Both the position numbers and the translations under genes were made by a program. Shown here one piece after another: positions 1 to 9,050 of a stretch of DNA of 64,000 nt. The notes under the pieces are model-generated. The model was not told the origin of the DNA. It saw only the letters and a list, made by a program, of their open reading frames with translations, and did no database searches. The stretch comes from Abditibacteriaceae bacterium (GTDB lineage: Bacteria; Armatimonadota; Abditibacteriia; Abditibacteriales; Abditibacteriaceae): the NCBI GenBank assembly GCA_965277285.1, contig OZ255721.1, positions 352,001 through 416,000 on the forward strand. Direction: 5' to 3'. Positions within the stretch are counted from its first letter, which is position 1. Every line of letters starts with the position of its first letter.

Positions 1-2
1 CC

Positions 3-638
3 ATCAAAGAGCCGACAAATCAAGCTTTCAATGGTGATGCCATTCGCGGTCAAAGTGCGGACGTGGAAATTGCTCCGAATGGCGATGTCGCTCCAGATTT
101 TAGCGAGCCGTCGCTTTCTTTGTTGAAGAAGATTTATACAGCTAAGACATCCTTAGAAAAAGAAAGAGTGCGCCGCGAAATCGTAGCATTTGAAATAAAA
201 CGTCAAATAATAGAAAAGTTTCGTTGGTTTATTGGCGTGCGCCCAACAAAGCCTGTCGCTATCGGCGAATCTTGGCGTGGAGCTATTCTTTTGCGCATAG
301 GTTATTTGGAGCGGCGCGTCCCAGTTCTCTACAAGTTGGCAAAAACTGAAAATAACGTCGCTTTCGTCACGATGCGCGTCAACGAACGCCCCGAGAAAAT
401 GGTCAGGGTTTCAATGCCGAAGAACATGCAAGACAATAGTTGGAATGTTCAAAGTGGCACGATGCAGATCGATCTAAAAAGCGGCTGGCCTTTGCGTGCG
501 CAGAACAACGGACAAAGTTTTTCGCAACTGCAAACGGTCCAGAAGAAGGGCGCACATTCACAAACTTTACTGACAACCTACGGCAAAAGCCTTTCGCAAG
601 TCGAGACAATGCCACTCGCATCTTTCCGAGCGCCGTAA
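3..638 (+). CDS. Hypothetical protein, 5'-truncated by the window edge (possibly DUF6263-like)
   Basis: Frame is open from position 3 to the TAA at 636-638; no confidently recognised motif. Confidence 0.55.
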   Translation: MKEPTNQAFNGDAIRGQSADVEIAPNGDVAPDFSEPSLSLLKKIYTAKTSLEKERVRREIVAFEIKRQIIEKFRWFIGVRPTKPVAIGESWRGAILLRIGYLERRVPVLYKLAKTENNVAFVTMRVNERPEKMVRVSMPKNMQDNSWNVQSGTMQIDLKSGWPLRAQNNGQSFSQLQTVQKKGAHSQTLLTTYGKSLSQVETMPLASFRAP

Positions 639-690
639 GGTGGGCTAAAATCGCTGCATCTACAAATCCAGTACTCGAAAGAAGGAAAAT

Positions 691-1848
691 ATGAGCGATT
701 TTTCTCCGCGCCCCAGCGATAAGTTCACCTTTGGTCTTTGGACAGTTGGAAATCCGGGCCGCGATCCGTTTGGTGAACCGACGCGCGCCGTCGTGAATCC
801 CAATGACAGCGTGCGCAAGCTGGCGAAAATCGGCGCTTATGGCGTCAACTTTCACGACGATGATCTGGTTCCATTTGGTTCATCGGCACAGGAACGCGAC
901 CGCATCGTTAGCGAATTCAAGACGGCTTTGGCAGAAAGCGGAATGCGGGTGCCGATGGCGACGACGAACTTGTTTTCGCAGCCGATTTTCAAGGACGGCG
1001 CGTTCACGTCCAGCGACCCGAAAGTGCGCGCTTTTGCGACACAGAAAGTCATGCGCGCGATGGATTTGGGCGCCGAGTTCGGCGCGGAAACGTATGTTTT
1101 CTGGGGCGGGCGCGAAGGTTCGGAAGTCGATGGCGCGAAGAATCCACTCGATACTTTGAAGTGGTTCCGCGAATCGCTCAATTTTCTTAACGCATATCAA
1201 AAAGCGCAAGGCTACAATTACAAAATCGCGCTTGAAGCCAAGCCGAACGAGCCGCGCGGCGACATTTTTCTGGCGACAACCGGCAATATGCTGGGCTTTA
1301 TCGAGACTTTGGACGAGCCGCAAAACGTCGGTGTCAATCCCGAATTCGCGCACGAAACAATGGCCGGTTTGAACTTCACGCACCACGTCGCGCAGGCGAT
1401 TGATGCGGGAAAACTGTTCCACATCGACCTCAACGGACAAAAGCCCGGGCGCTTCGATCAGGATTTGCGCTTTGGCGCCGAAGACCTGAAAACCAACTTT
1501 TATTTAGTGAAACTGCTGGAAGATTCGGGTTATTCCAACCCGAAGCATTTCGATGCGCACGCTTTGCGCACCAGCGATGCCGAAGACGTTTACGAATTTG
1601 CCAAAGGTTGCATTCGCACTTACGGCATCTTCCGCGACAAGGTGGAGAAGTTCAACAACGATGCGGAAATTCAGGCGATTGTCAAAGAACTGAACAAGGA
1701 CACGCAAAGTTTGGTTGGCCAGTTCTCGAAAGAAAGCGCCGATAAATTGAAGTCGCAGGAATTTGATGTGACTGCGTTGACGAATCGCTCTTTGCCGTAT
1801 GAAAAACTGGATCAACTCGTAGTCGAACTGTTGATGGGCGTGCGCTGA
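691..1848 (+). CDS. xylA: Xylose isomerase (class I, Streptomyces/Thermus type)
   Basis: Motifs [67 protein letters not shown]. Confidence 0.96.
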   Translation: MSDFSPRPSDKFTFGLWTVGNPGRDPFGEPTRAVVNPNDSVRKLAKIGAYGVNFHDDDLVPFGSSAQERDRIVSEFKTALAESGMRVPMATTNLFSQPIFKDGAFTSSDPKVRAFATQKVMRAMDLGAEFGAETYVFWGGREGSEVDGAKNPLDTLKWFRESLNFLNAYQKAQGYNYKIALEAKPNEPRGDIFLATTGNMLGFIETLDEPQNVGVNPEFAHETMAGLNFTHHVAQAIDAGKLFHIDLNGQKPGRFDQDLRFGAEDLKTNFYLVKLLEDSGYSNPKHFDAHALRTSDAEDVYEFAKGCIRTYGIFRDKVEKFNNDAEIQAIVKELNKDTQSLVGQFSKESADKLKSQEFDVTALTNRSLPYEKLDQLVVELLMGVR

Positions 1849-1856
1849 ATTTACTG

Positions 1857-1946
1857 CAAAGAACCCCAAGCGTAAGCGACGGGTGGAACTTGGGAGCCAC
1901 ATCAAACTCCCAAGTTCCACCCGTCGCTTACGCTTGGGGTTCTTTG
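1857..1946. repeat. Hairpin repeat family A (REPIN-like), between convergent genes
   Basis: GAACCCCAAGCGTAAGCGACGGG...CCCGTCGCTTACGCTTGGGGTTC inverted arms. Confidence 0.9.
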
Positions 1947-1978
1947 TTTCTAGGTTCGTTATGATGTATCGAACTTGA

Positions 1979-2959
1979 TTAAGCGCCAAGAAACCAATTG
2001 GGAAACGCTTCGCGGTTTTGTCGCCATTCTTCGGGAATCGCTGCTTCGCCGGTGTAGCAGGCAACGATGCCGCCGACCATCGCGCAAGTCGTATCGCGGT
2101 CGCCCAAACCGGCGACGGTCAGCCACAGCGCTTCGTCGAAATGATCGAGTTCGTGCGCCGCGCACCACAGCACAAAAGGAACAGTGTCTTGCGCCGAGAT
2201 TTCAAAACCGCTGCCTAAAACATCCGCCGCTTCTTCAACAGTTGCGTCATCGACCATGCCGCGCGCGAACCTGATTCCGTCGCGCACGGCGCTTTCCGGG
2301 ACGCTTTCGAGTACTCGATTGAGATATTCGCGCCCATCGAATTCGTCGTCATCTTTCAAGCGCCACGCCCACGCCGCACCGACCGCGACGGCAATCGCGC
2401 CCGCAATCGCTTCGGGATGCGAATGTGTGATATAAGCCGAGCAGCGCGCGTTTTCGACAACGGCGTCCATATCGTCGGCGAAATAAGCGCCAACCGGAGC
2501 CACGCGCATCGCCGCACCATTGCCCCAACTTCCCTGACCGTTGAACAAACCTTGCGCGAGCGCGCCCCAATCTTCGCCATCCGCCATTTTGGGAAGAATC
2601 TCGCCCATCGCCGCGCCATATTTGCGCGCCATGTCATAGTGGCGACCGAAACTAAGCGCCAGTTCATCGGGAAGAATTTCGTCGTGCTGGCGCAACGTTT
2701 CGACAACAGAAAACGCCATGTTGCTGTCGTCCGTCCATTTCCAAGGCGGACGGCTCAGCGTGCGTCGCAGCGCGATAAAGCGCGCCATCACTTCGTCGTC
2801 AGTGAAATCGTAAGGCGGCCCGGCCACTTCGCCGGAATTAATCAGGCTGCGGATGATGTCCCAGTTCATAAAAAAGCCTTCGCCAAACGCATCACCGACG
2901 CAAAGCCCTTGCAAACTCGTCATCGCCCGCACCAAACGCTCTTCTCGAGTACTCGACAT
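1979..2959 (-). CDS. ADP-ribosylglycohydrolase family protein
   Basis: GLCVGDAFG, WTDDS, SWGNGAAMRVAP, THSHP, GDRDTTCAMVG; start moved to the ATG at 2959 behind a GGAGG RBS. Confidence 0.92.
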   Translation of the reverse strand: MSSTREERLVRAMTSLQGLCVGDAFGEGFFMNWDIIRSLINSGEVAGPPYDFTDDEVMARFIALRRTLSRPPWKWTDDSNMAFSVVETLRQHDEILPDELALSFGRHYDMARKYGAAMGEILPKMADGEDWGALAQGLFNGQGSWGNGAAMRVAPVGAYFADDMDAVVENARCSAYITHSHPEAIAGAIAVAVGAAWAWRLKDDDEFDGREYLNRVLESVPESAVRDGIRFARGMVDDATVEEAADVLGSGFEISAQDTVPFVLWCAAHELDHFDEALWLTVAGLGDRDTTCAMVGGIVACYTGEAAIPEEWRQNREAFPNWFLGA

Positions 2960-2970
2960 TTCGCCTCCAA

Positions 2971-3066
2971 AAATAAACCTCAGATGAACACGGATGAACA
3001 CAGATAAGGATAGAAGCAAAGGATTCGAGCACTTGATTACTATCTGTGTTCATCTGTGGTTTATTT
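2971..3066. repeat. Hairpin element with CAC(A/G)GATGAA units and AATAAACC ends, overlapping the era stop codon
   Basis: AAATAAACCTCAGATGAACACGGATGAACACAGAT...ATCTGTGTTCATCTGTGGTTTATTT; degenerate 12-mer in the loop. Confidence 0.8.
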
Positions 3067-4167
3067 CTCGCTGTAACCCAAACGTTGAATCCACATTTCG
3101 TTGTCGCGCCACTTGTCGCGCACTTTGACGCGCAGTTCGAGATAAACCGAACGTCCGAGCAACGTCTCGATTTCCTTGCGCGCGGCTTGTCCGATTTCTT
3201 TGATTTTCGTGCCGCCCGCACCGACGACGATGCGTTTTTGACTTTCGCGCTCGACGTGAATAAAGGCTTCGATGAACAGCGTGCCGTTTTTGCGCGGCTC
3301 CATCATCTCGACGCCGACCGCGACGGCGTGCGGAATTTCTTCGCGCAACTGCAACATCGCCTGCTCGCGCACCAGTTCTTCGATGTGAAATTCCGGCGGA
3401 CGGTCGCCTGTCATATCGGCGGGGAAATATGGTTGGCCTTCGGGCAAGCGCCGGATAATCTCGGCTTTCAACATTTCCAATCCGGTTTTTTCCTGAGCGG
3501 AAATCAAAAACGTCGCCGCGAACGGATGCAGCGCCCCAAACTCCTCGGTTCGAGTACTCAATTCGTCGGCGACATCGCACTTATTTAAGGCCAAAATCAC
3601 CGGCACTTTGATGTTTTGCAACAGAGCGGCGGCGCGATGATCGTCGGCGTGCGGACGGTCGGTCGCGTCCGCTACAAACACCACGCATTCGATGTCGCCC
3701 AGCGCGCTCTTGGCGTTTTTTACCAGAGCTTCGCCCAACTTGTGCTGTGGTTCGTGAATGCCCGGCGTGTCCAGAAAAACGATCTGATATTCGCCGGCCA
3801 AAACCTCGAGTTCGATGTGTGCCGTACGAATCGCTTCATCATCGGGCGCGTCTTTTTTGCCTTTGAGCTCGTCCCAATCGGCGATCACATCGCGCGGCGA
3901 AGTGGCCGCCAAATCGTTCATCAAAGCGCGGTCAAAATCATTCAAAGTCGGTTCGTCTTCAGTGACAAAGGTTTTATCTTCGCCGCCTTCGATTTCTTCA
4001 GGCTCGCTTTCGTCCAGGTTGAAGTGGCTCAAAACGCCCGCGATGCGATGTCGCGTGGTTTGCGGTCGCGGCGAAACAATGACGTGTTTGCGTCCCAGTA
4101 ACGCGTTCAATAAAGTGCTTTTTCCGACATTGGGGCGTCCCCAGAGAACGCAAAATCCAGATTTCAT
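3061..4167 (-). CDS. era: GTPase Era with an internal acidic insertion
   Basis: GRPNVGKSTLLN, PQTTRHRI, DTPG, NKCD, LREEIPHA, KH domain ESQKRIVVGAGG..IKEIG, VYLELRVKVR. Confidence 0.95.
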   Translation of the reverse strand: MKSGFCVLWGRPNVGKSTLLNALLGRKHVIVSPRPQTTRHRIAGVLSHFNLDESEPEEIEGGEDKTFVTEDEPTLNDFDRALMNDLAATSPRDVIADWDELKGKKDAPDDEAIRTAHIELEVLAGEYQIVFLDTPGIHEPQHKLGEALVKNAKSALGDIECVVFVADATDRPHADDHRAAALLQNIKVPVILALNKCDVADELSTRTEEFGALHPFAATFLISAQEKTGLEMLKAEIIRRLPEGQPYFPADMTGDRPPEFHIEELVREQAMLQLREEIPHAVAVGVEMMEPRKNGTLFIEAFIHVERESQKRIVVGAGGTKIKEIGQAARKEIETLLGRSVYLELRVKVRDKWRDNEMWIQRLGYSEK

Positions 4168-4177
4168 AATTGTTATT

Positions 4178-4278
4178 GTTACGCTAATTTCGTTCGCAAA
4201 AACAGCGCAACTTTGTCGCTACTTTTAAAATAAGTGGCGTTTATCCGCGCCGTTTTTGCGAACGCAAGTTAGCGTAAC
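4178..4278. repeat. Hairpin repeat family D, copy 1
   Basis: GTTACGCTAATTTCGTTCGCAAAAAC...GTTTTTGCGAACGCAAGTTAGCGTAAC; second copy at 6572-6675. Confidence 0.85.
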
Positions 4279-4280
4279 TA

Positions 4281-5090
4281 TTAAGCAGCGCGGCGAGCGC
4301 GTTTCGGGTCGGCGACGGGAATGGCCGCCAACAGTTCTTTGGTGTAATCCTGTTGCGGATGGTTGAAAATCTGCGCGCTGTCGCCGCTTTCGACGATTTT
4401 GCCGCTTTGCATCACGGTGATGCGGTCGCACAAAACGCGCACAACTGCCAGATCGTGCGAGATAAATAACATCGTCAGGTTTAGGCGCTTTTGCAAATCC
4501 AATAACAAGTTGACGATTTCGGCTTGAGTTGAAACATCCAACGCGGAAACCGGTTCGTCCGCGACGATAAATTTCGGTTCGACGGCCAGAGCGCGCGCGA
4601 TACCGATGCGCTGGCGTTGTCCACCGGAAAATTCGTGCGGATAGCGACCTTGAATGTCGCGCGGCATTTGCACCAATTCGAGTACTCGACTGACTTCGTT
4701 GTCGCGCTCGCGGCGGCTGGAAATGCCGCGCAACTGCAACGCTTCGCCGATGATTTGCCCGACCGTCATGCGCGGATTGAAAGCGCCATACGGGTCTTGA
4801 AAAACGATCTGCATTTCGCGCCGCAAGTCGCGCATCGCGTTTTTTCTCAGGTCGAAAACGTTTCGGTCGCGCACTAAAACGCGCCCACTCGTCGGCTCAA
4901 TCAAGCGCAAAATTAAGCGTCCGGTTGTCGATTTGCCAGAACCGCTTTCGCCGACTAACCCCAATACTTCGCCTTCGTTAATGTGAAACGAAACGTCATC
5001 GACGGCTTTGACGACGGAACCTTTGTCGCCCCACATTCCGCTTTGCTTGGAGAAATGTTTGACCAGATTATCGACTTGAATATAGCTCAT
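4281..5090 (-). CDS. Oligopeptide/dipeptide ABC transporter ATP-binding subunit (OppF/DppF-like)
   Basis: [46 protein letters not shown]. Confidence 0.93.
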   Translation of the reverse strand: MSYIQVDNLVKHFSKQSGMWGDKGSVVKAVDDVSFHINEGEVLGLVGESGSGKSTTGRLILRLIEPTSGRVLVRDRNVFDLRKNAMRDLRREMQIVFQDPYGAFNPRMTVGQIIGEALQLRGISSRRERDNEVSRVLELVQMPRDIQGRYPHEFSGGQRQRIGIARALAVEPKFIVADEPVSALDVSTQAEIVNLLLDLQKRLNLTMLFISHDLAVVRVLCDRITVMQSGKIVESGDSAQIFNHPQQDYTKELLAAIPVADPKRARRAA

Positions 5091-5103
5091 GGTTGGATGG
5101 TTT

Positions 5104-5242
5104 AAATAGGACACGGAACTTCGTTACACGGGTTGAACGGGTTTTCACGGATCAGAAAAGAAAATGTCGAGTACTCGATTCCCAATCTACGAAATCCGTG
5201 TTTATCTGTTTAATCCGTGTAACGAAGTTCCGTGTCCTATTT
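5104..5242. repeat. Long hairpin with perfect 28-bp arms and CACGG units directly downstream of the GxxExxY gene
   Basis: AAATAGGACACGGAACTTCGTTACACGG (5104-5131) and its reverse complement (5215-5242); 12-mer at 5167 in the loop. Confidence 0.9.
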
Positions 5243-5614
5243 CTGCTGTTTTACATCGTAGATTCTTCGTTTAACTTGTGGTTTCGGGCCAAAGTTAAGC
5301 AAGAGGCCGACTTCCAAGTTCGTCGAACGCAGGTAATTGAGAAGTTGCGCTTCGTGCTTTTCTCCCAAACCCTCGACCGCTTTGATTTCAACAATAACAA
5401 GTTCGTTGACCAAGATGTCCGCGAAATAGTCGCCGACTTTCTTTTCTCGATAAAACACTTCAATGGGCGCTTGCTGCCGAACCACTAAACCCAAATGCAC
5501 GAGTTCGTAAGCTAACGCTTCCTCGTAAACCTTCTCCAAAAATCCATAACCCAACGTATTATAAACAAGGTAGAACGCCGCAATGATTTGCCGCGTGGTT
5601 TCCTGATATTTCAT
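5237..5614 (-). CDS. GxxExxY family protein (PD-(D/E)XK nuclease-like)
   Basis: LGYGFLEKVYEEAL, ADILVNELVIVEIKA, HEAQLLNYLRS, GLLLNFG. Confidence 0.95.
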   Translation of the reverse strand: MKYQETTRQIIAAFYLVYNTLGYGFLEKVYEEALAYELVHLGLVVRQQAPIEVFYREKKVGDYFADILVNELVIVEIKAVEGLGEKHEAQLLNYLRSTNLEVGLLLNFGPKPQVKRRIYDVKQQK

Positions 5615-5660
5615 CCGTGAAAATCCGTTCAATCCGTGTATGAAATCCGTGTTTTAATCT

Positions 5661-6560
5661 TTAAGAAGCAACCCGCGCCCAGTGATTCGGCGAGATTTGC
5701 ACCAGCGGCAAGGCGCTTTCTTCGGCTGTTGGAAACCAATCCAATGTCGGCAAAAGCTGTTTCGGTGCGGAATCGAGCGTCGGCAAAGAACGCAAAAGTC
5801 CCTGTGTATAAGGATGTTTCGGGCTGGCAAAAATCGTTTCGACATCTGCCGTTTCGACGATCTTGCCGCGATGCATTACGACCACGCGGTCGCACATTTC
5901 GGCGACCAAACCCATGTTGTGCGTGATCAGCAAAATCGCCATGTCGCGTTCCTGACGCAGCTTTTTCATCAAATCGAGTACTCGCGCCTGCACCGTCACA
6001 TCCAAAGCCGTCGTCGGTTCGTCGGCGATCAGCAAATCGGGATTGCAACTGAGAGCAATCGCAATCATCACGCGCTGCCGCATTCCGCCGGAAAGCTGAT
6101 GTGGATACGCATCGACGCGACTTTCCGGCTCGTTGATACCGACATCGCGCAAGGCTTCAATTGCTCGAGCGCGCGCCGCTCTTCCGTGCAGATTTTGGTG
6201 CAACCCCAGCGCTTCTTCGATGTGATTGCCGACGGTATAAAGCGGGTCAAGGCTCGTCATCGGCTCCTGGAAAATCATTGCAATGTCGTCGCCGCGAATC
6301 TTGCGCATTTGCGAATCGGAAAGTTTCAGCAAATCTTTGCCTTTCCACAACACTTCGCCTCCAATGATTTTTCCTGGCTTGGAAACCAGTCGCAGCACGC
6401 TCAAACTCGCCACGCTTTTGCCGCTCCCGCTTTCGCCGACGATGCCCAGCGTTTCCTTGCGACCAACCGAAAACGACACATCATCCACCGCGTTGATGAC
6501 TCCGTCGTCGGTGTAGAATCGAGTACTCAAATTGCGTACGTCAAGAAGAAGTTCACTCAT
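5661..6560 (-). CDS. Oligopeptide/dipeptide ABC transporter ATP-binding subunit (OppD/DppD-like)
   Basis: [46 protein letters not shown]. Confidence 0.94.
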   Translation of the reverse strand: MSELLLDVRNLSTRFYTDDGVINAVDDVSFSVGRKETLGIVGESGSGKSVASLSVLRLVSKPGKIIGGEVLWKGKDLLKLSDSQMRKIRGDDIAMIFQEPMTSLDPLYTVGNHIEEALGLHQNLHGRAARARAIEALRDVGINEPESRVDAYPHQLSGGMRQRVMIAIALSCNPDLLIADEPTTALDVTVQARVLDLMKKLRQERDMAILLITHNMGLVAEMCDRVVVMHRGKIVETADVETIFASPKHPYTQGLLRSLPTLDSAPKQLLPTLDWFPTAEESALPLVQISPNHWARVAS

Positions 6561-6571
6561 AATTTTCGATT

Positions 6572-6675
6572 GTTACGCAAAGCTACGCTTCGCAAAAACG
6601 GCGCAAATAAGCGCTATTCCTTTTTGAAAAATCGCGTTCAAGTCGTGCCGTTTTTGCGAACGAAGTTAGCGTAAC
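6572..6675. repeat. Hairpin repeat family D, copy 2 (inside the opp operon)
   Basis: TTCGCAAAAACGGCGC...GTGCCGTTTTTGCGAACGAAGTTAGCGTAAC; matches 4178-4278. Confidence 0.8.
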
Positions 6676-8009
6676 TATCCCAGTTTGCGCGATTTCGGAT
6701 CGAGCGCGTCTCTTAAACCATCGCCCAAAAAGTTGAACGCCAAAGTCGTGATGAAAATCAGGACGCCGGGCGCCAAAATCCAAGGGCGTGATTCCAGCGT
6801 CGTGAGGTTTTGCGCCGCCGTCAACATATTGCCCCAACTCGCCATCGGGTCGCGGATGCCCAAACCTAAAAACGACAAACCCGCTTCGCTCAAGATGTAA
6901 CCTGGCACCGCCATTGTTGCGGCGATAATCGCATAAGTGAACGTTGACGGCAAAATATGGCGCACGATAATGCGCATATCGCTCATGCCCAAAGCGCGTC
7001 CGGCTTCGACGTATTCGCGTTCGCGCACGCTCAAAACCATGCCTCTGACGATGCGCGCCATGCCCGCCCAACCGATGAAACTCAAGATCACGATAATCAG
7101 CAGATAAACCGTCGTCGGCGGAAGGGTAATCGGCAACGCGGCGGCCAGTGCGAGCAACAAGTAAAAGTCGGGAATGCTCATGATGATTTCGCACACGCGC
7201 ATAATCAAATCATCAACAAGGCCGCCATAAAAGCCGCTAATGCCGCCGACCAACATTCCCAACGAAAACGTAATCGCAATGGCGACGAGGCCAATCGAAA
7301 GCGAAATCTGCGAACCATAGAGCAGACGCGAAAGATAATCGCGCCCAAACTCATCGGTTCCCAGCAGAAAAATCGCGCCGCCTTTGGGGACGCCGAACAA
7401 ATGAGTACTCGATGGAATGACGCCAAGTAATTTATATTCCGAGCCTTGAACGAAAAAAGAAACCGGATATTTTTGGCTGGTATCCATCGGATAAACGATG
7501 TCGCGCAAGGGCGTAAATTGCTGCGCCGTGCCATACACAAATGGCCGCAGATGAAACTTTCCCGTATCGGCTTCACGGAAACGCACGCGCATCGGCGGCT
7601 GAAAGGTCGCGCTGGCGCGGCTGCCTGGAAGCTGATCCTGCGGGTCATAGGGCGCGATGAAAGGCGCTAAAATCGCCGTCAAGTACAGCAAAATCAAGGT
7701 CACGCCGCCGATCACAGCGAAGCGGTTTTTGCGCAGTTCGCGCCACGTCAGTTGCGCCGGAGAAAGCGAGACCTGACTCAGTCCGCGTGCTGCGCGTCCG
7801 GTCAAAATTTGTCGCTCGGCACGTTTGTCGCCAAGGGTTTGGCTGCCAACGTCCGCAGTTCCAGAGCCCACGAGATCGGGCGCGGGTGAAATCGCCGAAA
7901 CGTGGCCGTCGCCGGTGGAAATCGGCAGCGGAGTTTGCGCAGGCGGTTCGATGGACGCGCCAGGCGACGATTGGAGATCGCGGTTGGGATTATCGTGGAG
8001 ATTGGCCAT
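6675..8009 (-). CDS. Peptide ABC transporter permease (OppC/DppC-like)
   Basis: LGTDEFGRDYLSRLLYG, EYVEAGRALG, EAGLSFLGLG, FNFLGDGLRDALDP. Confidence 0.93.
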   Translation of the reverse strand: MANLHDNPNRDLQSSPGASIEPPAQTPLPISTGDGHVSAISPAPDLVGSGTADVGSQTLGDKRAERQILTGRAARGLSQVSLSPAQLTWRELRKNRFAVIGGVTLILLYLTAILAPFIAPYDPQDQLPGSRASATFQPPMRVRFREADTGKFHLRPFVYGTAQQFTPLRDIVYPMDTSQKYPVSFFVQGSEYKLLGVIPSSTHLFGVPKGGAIFLLGTDEFGRDYLSRLLYGSQISLSIGLVAIAITFSLGMLVGGISGFYGGLVDDLIMRVCEIIMSIPDFYLLLALAAALPITLPPTTVYLLIIVILSFIGWAGMARIVRGMVLSVREREYVEAGRALGMSDMRIIVRHILPSTFTYAIIAATMAVPGYILSEAGLSFLGLGIRDPMASWGNMLTAAQNLTTLESRPWILAPGVLIFITTLAFNFLGDGLRDALDPKSRKLG

Positions 8010-8046
8010 CGTGAATTGAAATCGAGTACTCGAACAAAGCGAAAAA

Positions 8047-9012
8047 CTAACTCAAGCGAATGCGCGGGTCGGTGATGACCAAAAGAATGTCGGCGATGAG
8101 GTTGCCCAGAATCAACAAAACCGCGCCCATCACGAACGCTGCCATCGAGACATACAAATCCTGCGACTGCACCGATTCGAGCAATAAACGCCCCAAGCCA
8201 GGCCACGCCATTACGTTCTCGACCAGAGCTGCGCCCGCCAAAAGCCCGCTCAGTTCGTAGCCAATCAACGTGACAAGTGGATTAATAGCGTTGCGTGTGG
8301 CGTGTTTCCAGATGACTTTGCGTTCGCTGAGTCCGCGTGCGCGACTGGCCAGAATGTAGTTCTCGCTCAGCACATCGAGCAGGTTGCCGCGCATTTGCCG
8401 CATCAAACCCGCCACGCCGCCGATGCCCAAAACAAAAACCGGCAAAATCATGTGCCACGTCGTGTCCTTGATTTTGCCGAACTGCGACATCGTGTCGTAA
8501 TTCTGGCTGGTCGCGCCGCCGATGGGAAACCAGCCCGTTTGCTGCGCGAATTTCAATGCCAGTAGCGCCACGAAGAAGCCGGGCAGCGAAATGCCCGCAA
8601 AAGCGCCGAAATTGGTTAATCGGTCGAGCCAACTGTTGCGATGCGTCGCGGTATAAATGCCCAGAGGAATCGCCAGAATCCACGACAAAACCGCCGACCA
8701 GAACGACAAAATGAAGGTGTAATAAATGTGCGATTTGATCAGCTTGAAAACCGGCTCTTTGTAGGCGAACGATTCGCCAAAGTCTCCATGAACAGCATTC
8801 TTCAGCCACAGGCCATATTGCACATACGCCGGTTTGTCCAAGCCGAAATCTTTTTCCAGACGTTTCAAGGTTTCAGGGCGAATTTTCGGGTCTTGCTTCA
8901 ACTGCGTCAAATAATCGCCGGGCGCGAGCTGCATGGCGCCAAACGACATCAAGGTGATGCCGAAGACAAGAGGAATCAATTGCAGCAGGCGGCGCAGAAT
9001 GAATCGAATCAT
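8047..9012 (-). CDS. Peptide ABC transporter permease (OppB/DppB-like)
   Basis: FILRRLLQLIP, FGLDKP..QY..WL, YILASRARGL, WPGLGRL, DPRIR. Confidence 0.93.
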   Translation of the reverse strand: MIRFILRRLLQLIPLVFGITLMSFGAMQLAPGDYLTQLKQDPKIRPETLKRLEKDFGLDKPAYVQYGLWLKNAVHGDFGESFAYKEPVFKLIKSHIYYTFILSFWSAVLSWILAIPLGIYTATHRNSWLDRLTNFGAFAGISLPGFFVALLALKFAQQTGWFPIGGATSQNYDTMSQFGKIKDTTWHMILPVFVLGIGGVAGLMRQMRGNLLDVLSENYILASRARGLSERKVIWKHATRNAINPLVTLIGYELSGLLAGAALVENVMAWPGLGRLLLESVQSQDLYVSMAAFVMGAVLLILGNLIADILLVITDPRIRLS

Positions 9013-9050
9013 AATCGAGTACTCGAAAGGGCGAAATTAAAGCGGAAGCA

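Noticed and set aside
3796..4023. Era insertion as an intein
   Set aside because: No N-terminal Cys/Ser with C-terminal His-Asn splice motifs, and too short
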